DNA of 64,000 nucleotides from the NCBI GenBank assembly GCA_951406725.2, contig OX597825.1, positions 51,584,001 to 51,648,000 on the forward strand. The letters are read 5' to 3'. The notes beneath the pieces are model-generated. The model was not told the origin of the DNA. It ran no database searches and worked only from the letters and a program-made list of their open reading frames with translations. Position numbers and translations under genes: made by a program. The DNA is from Octopus vulgaris (lineage: Eukaryota). Shown piece after piece: positions 25,773 to 38,903 of this stretch. Within the stretch, counting starts at the first letter, position 1; every line of letters starts with the position of its first letter.

Positions 25773-26866
25773 AATTTTCTATATAATTATTTGATCTTTT
25801 CCTTCATTTTCATGGGATAAAGGTGTTGACGTCACTGGTAGTCCAAAATAGCACTATTTCGCCCTCCTTTTGTACTCGTCAGCACGTCATTACTCGGGAC
25901 TTGAAATTAATTATGCTAAATTCATTTTTTTTCTTTTTCTTCTAACCCTAGAGAAAAAAGGTAGAGAAAGAAACTTCCTGTATACTGCATTGCGTAAAAG
26001 TTCTTCGGTAAGTATAATTCATATTTTGTCTACGAACTAAGGCACAAGCCCATCTTCGTGTATCCTTCCCGGGTGCAATAAGGAAATATATACTTGCATG
26101 TTCATATTCTCATCCGTCTAGATGATTTACGGTCGATATTCTTTATTACCATCTTAGTACAAATTTGCTTGTCAGTTGTTTCACATTAATAAGTTGCGCA
26201 TGTCCCTTAATCAGTCGAGCCTGTCCCACCAAGGAACATATATAATTTTATTCGTCCCTGTTTTTCTTCGCCTTCTTTCCCCTTTCTCTCTCTCACCTTT
26301 TTACTCTTTTCTCTCTTTCATTCGTTTTCTCTCTTTCTCTTTCTCTATCACTCACTTTCTTTCATTCACATTCATGATTTTGGTCTCAACGGCTTGAGTA
26401 GGCACATTACTGTCTCCATAATGACCGCATGTGTGATAAGCTCCACTCACATATTTTGTCCTTTATTTTGGTCCCAATCCAAGGCTGACACTGCTCAAAA
26501 CTACCCCCACCACCACCGGACACGCTATGTGAGGTTAGCGGCACTACAGAGTCCTTCCTCCCCTCTTTTTTCTCTCTTCAGAGATGCGAAACCTCATCGA
26601 GGAAACTAATGATATCAAGATTTCAGGCCGCTGAAGCCTATACGGGCAACCTCCCAGAGCGCACTCTGTGAGGAGAATACCCCTTTGCTATCAATTACTT
26701 GCAGGACGAAAATAAGACTATATAAATGTGTGTGAACTGTGGCGAGTTTACAATTATTCAAATATTTCTTAGTATTGTTACCGATACCAGAAAAACAAAA
26801 TGAAAAAACTATCCGCCGATGCATAATTCTTCTCCTCCATCTTGTTTAAATAATTCCTCCTCAGGA

Positions 26867-27125
26867 CTTAGAGATGATAAAATTGTAGATAGCTAAGACA
26901 ACACTTATTCCAGTGATAAATGGTGCACTTGGTACGAGATCTAAATTACTATCTGACTAGAGGGTAAAGGAATTTTAACTCGCATTGCCGATCTGCAGAA
27001 AAGTGCAATCTTGTATTCTGCTAAAATTCTAAGAAAGATTCTTGGGATTTGAGAGGAAATCTGTTGTCACTAAATTCATAGTAGTGACCCTGCATATTAA
27101 ATTAACATGTAATAGCTTTGGGATA
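26867..27125 (+). mobile_element. R4/Dong 3' tip
   Basis: IPVINGALG...DLQKSAILYSAKILRKILGI*, then a short UTR and TAA repeats. Confidence 0.8.
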
Positions 27126-29650
27126 ATAATAATCATAATAATGGTCTCAAATTTCGGCTCAGAGCCAGAGTTTTGGAACATATGGTCAGTCTGACAACCT
27201 AAGGCACCTCAGGCACGCATCACTGCACTAAAATAATCCGGCCAACGGGTGTATATTCAGTGTAAGCCGTGTCACACGGGCCATCCTCACCACATTCATC
27301 CACCAAACATACACACCACTCTCACTTTAGTTTTTGAAGTGGAACTTGCAAAAGTCTACGAGGGCTTGGCCTCAGAAGAAAGTATCTGTCTTCAGTCGTT
27401 TCAACCTCGTTCACCACACTACTTCTTTTACTATAACCACCCGACAAAGGAAAACTACCTGCCCTTCCCTGTCAGAAGAAGGCAGCGGGTTGATTCTCAC
27501 AATGGACTCAGCTTATAACTGGATCTCTCCACCACGCGTCACCAGCTGTTCGACAAACAAGGAAACACAATCAGTGAAACACATTTCTACATTTTCTGAA
27601 GACAGTGCGTCCCATATTTAAGAAAAATGGGGGTACATCAATTAATAGTAAAGGTATTGAAAACTTCAAGATGGAGGTGACGATTTTCTACTACAGGCAT
27701 AATGGTTTGGTGTGGAGGGAAATTGTTGATTATGTAGATCCCAGTATATGTCTGGCACTAATTTTTTTTTTCTGAAAGAATGAAATTGAAGTTGACGTCA
27801 GTAAGATTTGAACTCAGAATGCAAAAAGCTAAGATGATAAATATTGCTGTGTGGGATTTAAACACAGATTTTAAATATCTAGAAGAAATACTGCGACATA
27901 GTTTTTTACAAAACTCTAACGATTCTACCAGCTCGCCGCTTTATAGAAGACGAAGAAACCTTTTCATCTGGTGAACTAAATGTAGATGATATTTAATGAA
28001 ATGAACTTTAAAACACGAAAGGTATCATTTCACTCCATATAACAGCTTATCAATGAAAATGTTATCTGTTTTACTCTAAAAGTATATTCACTAAAAGATT
28101 TTGTTCCATTACTTGTTCTGCTGGTCATTAGTTAAATGTTTTCTCCGTCGTTTACCTGTAATTTTAACACGACATTTCTTTATTGATTCTCAGCCTACCA
28201 GGAGTAAGAACAGTTTGTTGTGAACCTTTTGACATTTATATTAGATTTGTTTTCTCACTGATGGAATGTTTGAATAACTGAACATGTTTACACAGTGTTA
28301 ATGCTTGCAACACTGTAACTGGCCAAAATAAAAACAACCACTTTTTCTAAACAAACCAAATGCTACGAATGACACTTCATCGTGGTCTGATCTATGTAGG
28401 TGTCTATAAACGTGTCTTTACACATTTCCCGTTTATTATCGTCTACTTTTTCCAATCTATCGGTAAATACTATCAAACTAAAGTAATCAATTCAAAGCTT
28501 GTTTGTATTTTGCTGATATGCTTTAGTGATTCTCACTCAGTAACAGAAACCCCGTACTAAAGTAATACAATAATTTTATCCATGTAATTGTTAGAGTAAT
28601 TTTTGCAATGCTACTTAAACCCACCATTAATACAGCTATGTTTTTCCTCTAACTTTACAACAAAAGTCGTCTATTTTGTTTTCATCAGATGAATAACTTA
28701 ACAAAGAAGATTCATCGTAACGTTTGTAATGTTGAAAATTTAGTGACAGTTTAAGTTAAGTATGTTTTAGGTTTTCAATTAGCTTAGCAGATTCTTTTAA
28801 TGTCAAATCTACATGACACAACTTTTGGTTTAGGTTATAAATCTCCACTAAAATCTCTAAATAGGTAGATTTATTTTCCAGGTTTTAGCTTCATGGCATT
28901 TTATTAACCTGAAACAAGACCTAAAATGTGTTGACATGTAAAATAGATGACGTAATATAAAATATTAAATCTGCGAATTTATGAATCTAGCGTTGTTCAG
29001 GAAACGTATTTGAGTTTTGCTGTCTATGGCCTTCACTCCTGTCTTAACCCTTCGAGTTCGCTTTTAATATTTATATTGGAAGTTTTAAATATTATCATCG
29101 GAGTTAAATAAACACTTATTCCAGACAGAAACTGATACATCCGATTTTACTGCATTTTGAATACATAGTTTTCATGAATTACATACTTGGACGAGACATC
29201 TATTGTTATTTCAACAATTCCCTCCTATTGCTGTTGTTCTGACCAGCTGCTAAAATTCTATGTTTTATAGGGAGGGAATTCCTTCTTCACGTACCATTCT
29301 TATGGTCTTCGTCACTGTTGCTATCGATTATAATTGCGAGACGTTTAGCGAAACCGCATATTTATCTCATATTCGCTATCAATCTCATTACCAGGGAAGA
29401 TTCCTCTGTATTTTAACATTTTCTATTTCATTGACATACACGTCACATTCCTCATTTCTACTATTCCATTCGCATTTGATATGGTGGCGCCACTATAATA
29501 GTGGTACTATAGTTGAGTTTTTAAAAAATTTGTCTGCAACCCTTCTTCAAAAATGATAAATGAGACCAACGGTATTTAGCATTCAAACGATTAGTTTCTA
29601 TACACATATTCAGTTATCCAAATAAACGGTGAAAAATTGTTGTTCTTAAT

Positions 29651-29760
29651 GGTGGTGGTAGTGGTCGTTATATCCAAGCTGATAGTAGTGTTAGCAGAGG
29701 GGTGGTGGTAGTGGTCGTTATATCCAAGCTGATAGTAGTGTTAGCAGAGGGGTGGTGGTA
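29651..29760. repeat. Perfect 50-bp tandem duplication (2.2 copies)
   Basis: ggtggtggtagtggtcgttatatccaagctgatagtagtgttagcagagg occurs twice in tandem. Confidence 0.95.
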
Positions 29761-30413
29761 GTTTTATGTCAGAGATTTTGTTAGTTGTTATTGTCCTTCC
29801 TATACATGGTGATTGGTTTACTTTGGTGGTGTGATCATTATCAGTGGGAGTAGATAAGATAAGGGGATATTACTAGTGTGTTAGTTATGTTCGTAATAGT
29901 CAAGAAAACTCTAAACCGTTAAATGGTAAAGAATTATAGCTAAGGCCCAATATTTCAAAGAAGAGTTTCCTCAAAGTCAAATATGTAAATAAATCACCTG
30001 TTATTTCTGCTATTCTAAATAGCTATAAGGGATGTTTACTCTTATTTCGGGATACCTGTTTACTATTAGTGGACTGGACTACACTCACAATCACGCTAAT
30101 AGCGTAGGAGGGAAAGTTCAGATTTCTCAGTTTTCTGTGAATCGATTTTCATAAAAATTTTTCAGCCGATTTGCACACTATGGCAACAAAATGTTATATT
30201 TTCCTTATTCTGTGTAACGTCCTTTCTTTTTTATTTAAGATTCTTCACTTTTTGTGTGAACCACGCTAATAGCGTTTGAATGAAAATAGTCCATCTAGAC
30301 ATTTTTTAAAGAAAAATGATACATATTAAGCATATATTAAGTATATATAAAAAATTTAACAGAATGAGTTAAAACTCCAAGGCTGTGAAAGATTTCAGAG
30401 CATTTATAAATAG

Positions 30414-30461
30414 GTCTTACAGCTGTTTCTGGGATATTTTATATATCCCTTCATTGGAGAC
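30414..30461 (-). ncRNA. Degenerate hammerhead motif in a Penelope-like 3' end
   Basis: GUCU CCAAUGA a GGGAUAU auaaa AUAUCCC a GAAA CAGCU GUA AGAC. All three stems are intact but the core CUGA is changed to CCAA, so it is probably inactive. Confidence 0.65.
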
Positions 30462-30614
30462 GGTGTGAGAAAATAGTTAAGTAATAGTTATTCTAGAAAA
30501 GATATGAAAAAAAGAGTGAAGTGGAGGAATGAAAATAGACGTGAGATATGCAGGGTTACATCAAGTATATATTTAAAAGAAAACCATAATAATATTATAA
30601 CATATATTGACACA

Positions 30615-31470
30615 ATGAATTATTTAGCCATAGCAGCGCCATTTCGATGGATAACTTCAAAAACTCTATTAGTCATGGAATCTGTCAATTTCTTAATTGT
30701 AGAAGGTTGGACTGCCTCTGCTGCAGCTTTGATGGTTGCCCATAAGACATATTTCGATGTGAATTGGCGTCCATCGGCATAAACATCTTCTTTAATGGAC
30801 TAAATAGTTTCGACAGGGTTGAGATCCGGAGGTGCTGGCGGCCACACCATCAAGTTTTAACCTTGTATATTGTTAGACCCTAAAAGTGTTTGGGAAATCC
30901 CGGCAGAGTGGAAGGGAGTGTTGCCATGCATGAATACGAGATTCCTTAGAAGTGATAGCAGTATGTCATCTAACCAGTGATCCAAAACCTCCTTCAGCAG
31001 ATTGCAGTAGGTAGCTTCGGTCACTTTAACCTCTTCCAGCACCTTGACTGGGCCAACAAGTCTGTTCGCGACATCATGAGCCCTCCACCCTTTTGTTGAC
31101 ATCGTAAACGTTGGTGACGCTCATCTCCAAAATAGACCCTACTATTTTCCCAACCGTTCTGTTCATCAAGGGTCACACTGGTTTCGTCAGTAAACAGAAC
31201 ACAATTTATGTCTAACACCATGTAATTTTGTGCGCATTGAAGCCTCAAACTGCTGTGAATAGGTAGTTTCAGGTGTTCTCGAACGGAAGCCATGGTCCTG
31301 AAGATGCAATTTCTGTTGGTTTTCGGTACACGAGAAAGTTCGGAGGTGGTGAAAATGGCTTTGCGTGTTTGTCCAGGTTTCCCACGTAACTTGCGGCCAA
31401 TGTTCCTTAAATCCCTAGCTGTCATAATCTTAGAGGTCCCACATTCGGATCGTTTCTTCCTTGGCTCTCA
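30615..31470 (-). mobile_element. Tc1-like transposase pseudogene
   Basis: TARDLRNI, VLFTDET, FMH(D/G)NTP.H and WPP.PPDLNPVE motifs. Confidence 0.85.
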
Positions 31471-31479
31471 TGTGGATAA

Positions 31480-32347
31480 ATAATTCATTATGTCAATAAA
31501 TGTTATAATATTATGGTTTTCTGTGACATATATATCAAGTGTTGCTTTATATGTTTCTCTAGAAAAGGTGTAGACGTCCTGCGACTTCAACCATTGAAGG
31601 AAAAAAGCGATCGTGTTCTCTACCTACTGATGAACGACAGACAATTGACTATAAATAAAGCAGTCAATGCTATTAGTATATTCCGGGAGAGAGTTGAGAA
31701 TATTCTGAACGTTTCTCAAGATGCGTGTTGGCTTCATCACTTTGAATTACAAGCAGAAACAATCCATGCAATAGAAACACCCCATCCCACCCCACCTGCT
31801 TCAAAGAAAGCCACGGTCGTTTCATCTGCAGGAAAGAAGATGGCCTAAACTTTTGGGGATTCAAAAGACATTGTATTTACTCACTTCAGAGGGGTCACAC
31901 AATCAATGGAGTGCATTATGCCAATTTATTGAGGCAGTTGCGAAAGGCTAGTTAGAGCTAACGCCCAAGAAAAGTTAGGAAAGTGATCTTATTTCGTCAG
32001 AACAATATTCCAGCACACAAGTCCTTGGCTTCAATGATTGCTGTGCCTGACTGTGGCTTTAACTAGTTCATCACCATCGCTATTCTCCTGAGTTGGCCCC
32101 ATTTGACTATTATCTATCTCACAGCATATAAAAACTCTTTGCTGGGAACCAGTGTCATATATCTGATATTGATGACATTTTTGACAAACAGGATGGAATC
32201 TTCTTCACCAACAGGATTCAAGCTCTGCAGCGCCGATGGAAGAAGTGTGTGCACGAGAAGGGGGACTATGTTGCAAAATAAACTCATTTGGTTACATTCC
32301 TTGAAAGTATCTTGGTCAGCCTATGAAACTTTCAACCGTCTCTCGTA
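31480..32347 (+). mobile_element. Mariner remnant
   Basis: NDRQLTI, KKA.VVSSAGK.MA, QNN.PAH, YSPELAP; right end aaactttcaaccgtctctcgta. Confidence 0.85.
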
Positions 32348-32535
32348 CGAGCTAACGATAAGGACAGTTCTGTAATAATTTGCTATGGTTCATGAATTGT
32401 TGATTTGACACAAACTATAGAAATATGGATGGTAAAATGTGTCACTGAAATTGGTCAGTTAAAAATAATGCTCATTAAAATCCGAGCCCGTGGAGAAATA
32501 ATTCACTATAGCTAGCGGTTTATTAACTGATATAA

Positions 32536-33793
32536 TCTCTTATTATAAAAGGCAGATTTTATCTGCCTCCCTTTGTCACTTATAGAAATCTACAATATAG
32601 GATTTCTTCAATTACAATTTACCTAGCATTTTTAAGAGTAGAATGCATCGGGTCATGCCAGGTCCAGTTTTTAAAATTTAAACTCCAATTAAGCAAAATT
32701 TACAGAAAACTCACATTCTGGTGTGTATGTCAAATGCTTTTCTTAGTCTGGTTTACAGCACACGCAAACGCACACACACAGTGTGCAACGAATATAGTGA
32801 AACTAATTCACTGCGTGTGTGTTGACAGGTAGACAATAGAATGCGATGGCGTTGGCGATGGCGATGTAATATTTGTTTCTGTCTATCACGCTGATAGATA
32901 CATGAGTAAAATGTATGGCAAGCTAAGAGATAAGAGTGAGTGAAAATGTTCTTGGAAGAGAGTAAATAGCGACAGAGTGATTTGAGGAAGACAAAACTGA
33001 AAGTATGAAGCAGTGTTTATGTATAAACAGACGACACTTATATATAGTTATTAATAAATGTATGCATCCGTTTAACCCTTTCGTTACCAAACCGCCCGAA
33101 TTTACCTATTCATATTTAAATGAGAATATCAGAGTAAATCTCTTTAGTACATTCGTGAAAACACGTATTATACTTCGTAAACACTTCAAATACAGTTTTG
33201 TACAAAAATCGAAGTGTAATTTTAATTCCGTGAATTATGGGAGATTTTTTTCCGAAATTTGTTCCTATTGTGTTTTCAAAATTTGTAATTCTGACAAAAA
33301 ATGGATACGAATTTCATTATATCAAGCAGCGATTCAGAATTCGAAGGATTTTCTACTGAAGTCCTTCATAAATCTAACTCTATGACTGAAAAAAAAAAGC
33401 ATCTTTATATAAGAGTGAAGTTGTGTGTCTGTCTCCTACTATTTAGATTCGTAACTACTCCCACATTTTGCGGTGCAGTTTAACCAAAAGCGGGTATCTT
33501 ATAGTCGTGATTCATATCGAGCCCTTCTGGGTATTAGCGCGCGTCTACGATGAGTCTACGATTTAAAAAAATTTACCATAATATTTTTCCATTTTAATGC
33601 ATTTTTCGCTTTTATATAAGGGAAGTAACTCTCTATAAATATCTACGATGTGTCAACGATTTAAAAAAAAATTTACCTTTATTTTTTTTCAATTTTTAAT
33701 GCATTTTTTTGTTATTTTTTGGCTATAACTCTCTAAAAATGCTTATATAGTTATTTCCCTTACAACCCGAGCAACGCCGGGCGATACTGCTAG
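32536..33793 (+). mobile_element. Non-autonomous Helitron (composite)
   Basis: 5' A|TC(TCTTATTATAAAA); 3' hairpin CCCGAGCAACGCCGGG at 33766-33781, then CTAG|T at 33790-33794; second TC-type start at 33402. Confidence 0.8.
33076..33390 (+). mobile_element. piggyBac-like left-end fragment inside the Helitron
   Basis: TTAA|CCCTTTCGTTACC terminus followed by the acidic peptide MDTNFIISSSDSEFEGF. Confidence 0.55.
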
Positions 33794-33949
33794 TAGAGTA
33801 TATTTTGATAGCTTCAGTAGAAAAAACACCTCCAAATATTCGGTTTATATATTTTGCATGTTACTTCTGGCTTTTGTTGCTATCTTCAGACATACAAATA
33901 CATACATGCATATATATGTACACACACACACACATATACACAAATATAT

Positions 33950-34018
<69 letters not shown>

Positions 34019-34021
<3 letters not shown>

Positions 34022-34269
34022 GATGGGATTTTAGGTAAATTAGAAGACAAGTGCTTTTTGGTGGTCAAGAAGAGGTAGGCAGTTTGTGGAGGGAATAAAT
34101 AGATAAATAGGTGGAGGAAATAAATAGATAAATATACATGAAAAACAATGTAAAATAAATATACATACAAACACACATACATACACATGCGGATATACAT
34201 ATGTATACATACAAACGCATATATATATACATACATACACATACATACATATAAATATATATATACATG

Positions 34270-34323
<54 letters not shown>

Positions 34324-34349
34324 CATACACCTACATGCACACACACACG

Positions 34350-34387
<38 letters not shown>

Positions 34388-35350
34388 CACATACAAATAC
34401 ACATAAGTATACATACATAAATATACATATGTACACACAAACACACACATAAATATATACACGCATATATAAACACATATGCACATATAAAAACATATGT
34501 GTATATAAATATATATACGCATACATAAGTATATATATGCATATAAATACATATATGCATATAGAAATACACACATGCATATACATACATACACGCATAT
34601 ACACATACTTGCACATACATACACATACATACAAGTACATACAAATACATATCTACACATATACACATATATACATACCCATACAAAAATATACATGTCC
34701 ATATCTATATACATACATACATCCATACACAAATATACATGCATACACACATACATTTATATACAAATACACATGTATATATAAATACACATACGCATAC
34801 ATAAATATATACATGCATATACACATACATACATACACACATATAAATACACATATATGTATATCCGCATGTGTATGTATGTGTGTTTGTATGTATATTT
34901 ATTGTACATGGTTTTTCATGTATATTTATCTATTTATCCCCTCCACCTAACAATAACAAACTGCCTACCTCTTCTTGACCACCAAAAAAGCAATTGTCTT
35001 CTAATTTACCTAAAATCCCATCCCATATATCTGTTTCTATTCATGTATTCTATTCATTTATTTATTTCAAAAAACACTTGGCCTACTCCCCTAAGACCAA
35101 TAGCTTGTGCCCTGTTTATCTCCTAAATACCAACCTACCCCAAAAACGTCCCCCACCACCACTCCATTAAATCTGCCTAAATGCATAAATACCAGAACTT
35201 ATTTTGACAGCCAGCTTCCTGAAGATTTCATCTGAATGAAACAGTTCTAGTCCTGTAGAAGCTCCTTCTTTAAAATAAATTACTTTACTCTGCTATGTAT
35301 TGAGTACCTTATTTACTGTGGTTAACCCCGACTCAACCCTGGACCTACAT
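34019..35350 (+). mobile_element. Non-coding Penelope-type element with an inverted 5' arm and a hammerhead
   Basis: 34019-34205 is an inverted copy of ~34855-35027; hammerhead at 35213-35263; (TA)n at both ends. Confidence 0.65.
35213..35263 (+). ncRNA. Type-I hammerhead ribozyme
   Basis: AGCUUC CUGAAGA uUUCAucUGAAu GAAA CAG uucuaguc CUG UA GAAGCU. 6-bp stem I, intact core, 4-bp stem III, predicted cleavage after A35257. Confidence 0.8.
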
Positions 35351-35353
35351 ATA

Positions 35354-35417
<64 letters not shown>

Positions 35418-35420
<3 letters not shown>

Positions 35421-35547
35421 GTGTATACCGTTTGGTGGTGTAGCACTTGATAATTATAAGCACTTGATAATTATCAGGTGCTTATAATTATCAAGTACTC
35501 ACCCCGAATTTCTGTACTCAACTATATATATATATATATATACATGC

Positions 35548-35636
<89 letters not shown>

Positions 35637-35790
35637 GTGTATACCGTTTGGTGGTGTAGCACTTGATAATTATAAGCACTTGATAATTATTAGGTGCTTA
35701 TAATTATCAAGTACTCACCCCGAATTTCTGTACTCAACTATATATATATATATATATACATGCATATATATACATATATATATATATATC
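35418..35790. repeat. 216-bp tandem duplication containing a 52-bp palindrome
   Basis: Unit cores at 35418-35523 and 35634-35739, separated by (TA)n; palindromes at 35445-35496 and 35661-35712. Confidence 0.9.
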
Positions 35791-36843
35791 ATCTGAGAGT
35801 CCTTAAGTTGCTTGGAGAGTGCGAAGCGACTGTGCAACCTATTTCAAGGTATTGTTCTAGTCTGCATCATTTTCCAACTTATTATGTGGCTAAACATATT
35901 TTGTAATTCTGGATTGTGAGTTGTTTTACAACAGCTGTCTCAGATTTAAGTAGGTTATTAGATTTCCTTTATTAATAATCGCATCTTCAAGAATCAGAAG
36001 TTAGTACGTGGTTAGAAAGAGAATGGACATTAGTAAATATATTCTTCTTCTATCTGAAATTTAAACTTTTGAATATAGATGTGAAAGAATTTATACTTTG
36101 TTTTCTACCAGCATCTCTACCGGTAGAGGGTGACAAGTTTACTTCGTTTAATTATATTTCTTAGATAGGATATATAGAAATACTGACGTCATCATTATTC
36201 CTCTTTAAAGGCTGCGAGCTGGACAAAATGCTTATCGTCATTTCCTTCAGCTCTCTATGTTCGTAGTCCAAATTTCATGGACGTTAACTTTGACTTTATC
36301 CTTTTTGTGTTGATAAGCTAAGTAACAGCAGAGTACTGAGGTTGATGTTATCGACTGTTGCCACCAGCTGAAATTGCTGGCATTGTGTCAAACTATGAAA
36401 CTACTATTACTTCTCATTAAAAACATTATGGATAAAACATTTTCTACGCAATTTCAAATGCTATGAGAGATAGAAAATATTTTATTGTTACTTATCTAAG
36501 CGTGTTTATACTTTTCAAACCGTGTACAGGCGTTTTGGAGATGGGACGTTTAAATATAAAACTTTAATAATTACAGAGATTTTCGGGGCGGGGTAAAAAT
36601 GTTTGGCCTAATTGCTATGATGTTGCACTCACGATCGCTAAATCGTGAGTTCGATTCCAAGAAAAGCATGTGCTGTGCTCTTGACTTAAACACTTCCTTT
36701 CACGTTGCTCCAGTCCGACGAACCAGCTTTCCGATCACACTTGCTACTCACCTAGCCAGCGGGGTGCTATAATTCAAAAGCCAAAACGATTCAACCGCAT
36801 TGTGTATAACATCCGATAGTCCTTTCGATCACGTGATCACGCG

Positions 36844-36874
<31 letters not shown>

Positions 36875-36979
36875 GAGTGGTGTGGGTTTGAGTCCCATGA
36901 GTATGGGTAACCCCACTTTTTTCCGTCAAGAGCTTATATGCCCCAATATTAGACTACTTACCTTAGTCAATGCACGGTG

Positions 36980-37025
<46 letters not shown>

Positions 37026-37048
37026 GTATATGTGTTCGTATGTGTGTG

Positions 37049-37493
37049 TATATCCATTAAGGCCGACCTTATCGATCTGTTTCGCTCTAAGTATTCAACC
37101 AAAACTCGGGCTCTTCAGGGATGGCAGCTATGGAATGTAATATTGTGACTACTCTCTATTGTTGGATGAGAATAGACACATCTGGTTTGTGGCTGCTGTG
37201 AAAAAGACTACTGAACGCTCTGAAGCAAAGGTTAAGATCTCTGGGGGTGTTTTGGTAGTAAAAGACATCACTCTTAGCTTAAGCATTGCTCGGTTCATTT
37301 CATCGTCGTATTCACAGCAACCGCAAATCAAACCGAAGTGTTTGTTCACCTCCAACAATAGAGAGCAGTCGCCACATTTCATTCCATAACTGCCATCTCT
37401 GAAGTGCGCGGATTCCATAATCGGTCTGTTACGTGACACTCCGTTGAACACCTAGTGCGAAATCGATCGGTAAGATCGGCCTTAATGGATATA
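37049..37493. mobile_element. Foldback/MITE-like 445-bp imperfect palindrome
   Basis: 29-bp terminal inverted repeats with 2 mismatches (tatatccattaaggccgaccttatcgatc) plus nested arms (cttcagggatggcag; ctctctattgttgga) towards a centre near 37255. Confidence 0.85.
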
Positions 37494-38792
37494 TAATACT
37501 GTAGACTTCGATTAATATACTCACTGTACGGACAAATATACGAGTGCATTTTTTCGTACTCGCGGATTCTTAGACGCGCGCGCGCGCGCGTCGCGTGTGT
37601 GTGTGTGTGTTGACAGAAATATTGAGTAGGAACATGGGAGGAAAGTCTTAGGTAATTGTGTGAAGCTAAACATGCTGACTGTTTGTATTTATATTAGTTC
37701 TACATGACTGGGTAGCAAAGATGTGATGACTGACATCAAAATCTGCAGTTGGTTGATAATCGATTCGGTAGACAAGAGGGAAAGATCATTGAGAGTAACA
37801 AAGAAGAAATCGTTAGAGAGTGGCGAAAGGTATCTTGAGTGATTACAACTACATCTAGATCGATGCAAAAGCTACATGGATAGTAAGGGTGAAAGAGGTT
37901 CACAATATGGGCCTAGATAAAACGTACCTTCCCTGCCAGCAATAATGATACTCAGCACACTTGGAAGTAACGATAACGTTAGAAGCTGTTAAAGGAGTTA
38001 AAATTTGCTGTCGACGGCCGATAAAGAGACTGTACATCAGTAACAACTGTGTAATACTATATATTATATATGAAGGGAAAGATGAGAGAACATGAATAAA
38101 TATAATGCATTTCTGAAATATAAAACATCGATAAATCAAAATTTAAATATCAAAATGTTATAAATTGACTAAAATGTATTCAAAGAAATAATGAGAAAAA
38201 CGATACAGCAGCAGATATGGTAGGCAGTAATAATATAGCAGAAGGTAAGAGTAAACCAGACGTTTTAGTCACCGCAACATGTCTTTTAGAGAAAATATTA
38301 ACATATTCAAAAGATGGCGACAGTTAAAATACAATCCAATAATATCTAACATGTGTAAACATTACACTATTATGGTAACTAGTAAATATTGACACATACA
38401 TCTGGGCAAATATTGCTTAAAATATAATTTACATTTTCAATAAATTCAGCCATGTTAGTCGTGTGATTTTAACAGCGGTAAAAAGCCATGAATCTCCGGT
38501 AGTTATTTATTTTTTCTTTCTTCCTTGCCTCAAAATTAATGTACGGAGTAAAAACATTTTTTGAAAAATGCAAACGCAATATTCGAATTTCTTATGAAAT
38601 CATACGGAAAATATTCAATACTGCATGTTATAAACGAATGGTAGTTGTCAGAGTAGGTGAAATGCCGGACTAAATTATTATTGTTGCACACACACACACA
38701 TACATACATACATACATGCAAAATTATTTTCCAGTAACATCCTACCAAAATGGTACAATGTTACCGAAATATTTTATTGTTTCCTTACACCA

Positions 38793-38903
<111 letters not shown>

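Noticed and set aside
27380-27600. Possible Penelope RT fragment (KENYLPF)
   Set aside because: Too short and degenerate to call.
35445-35712. CRISPR-like palindromic repeats
   Set aside because: Only two units, the spacer is (TA)n, the context is eukaryotic and there are no cas genes.
37149-37451. 100-aa Cys-rich ORF and the opposite-strand 76-aa ORF
   Set aside because: Both lie wholly within the foldback palindrome; no recognisable domain.
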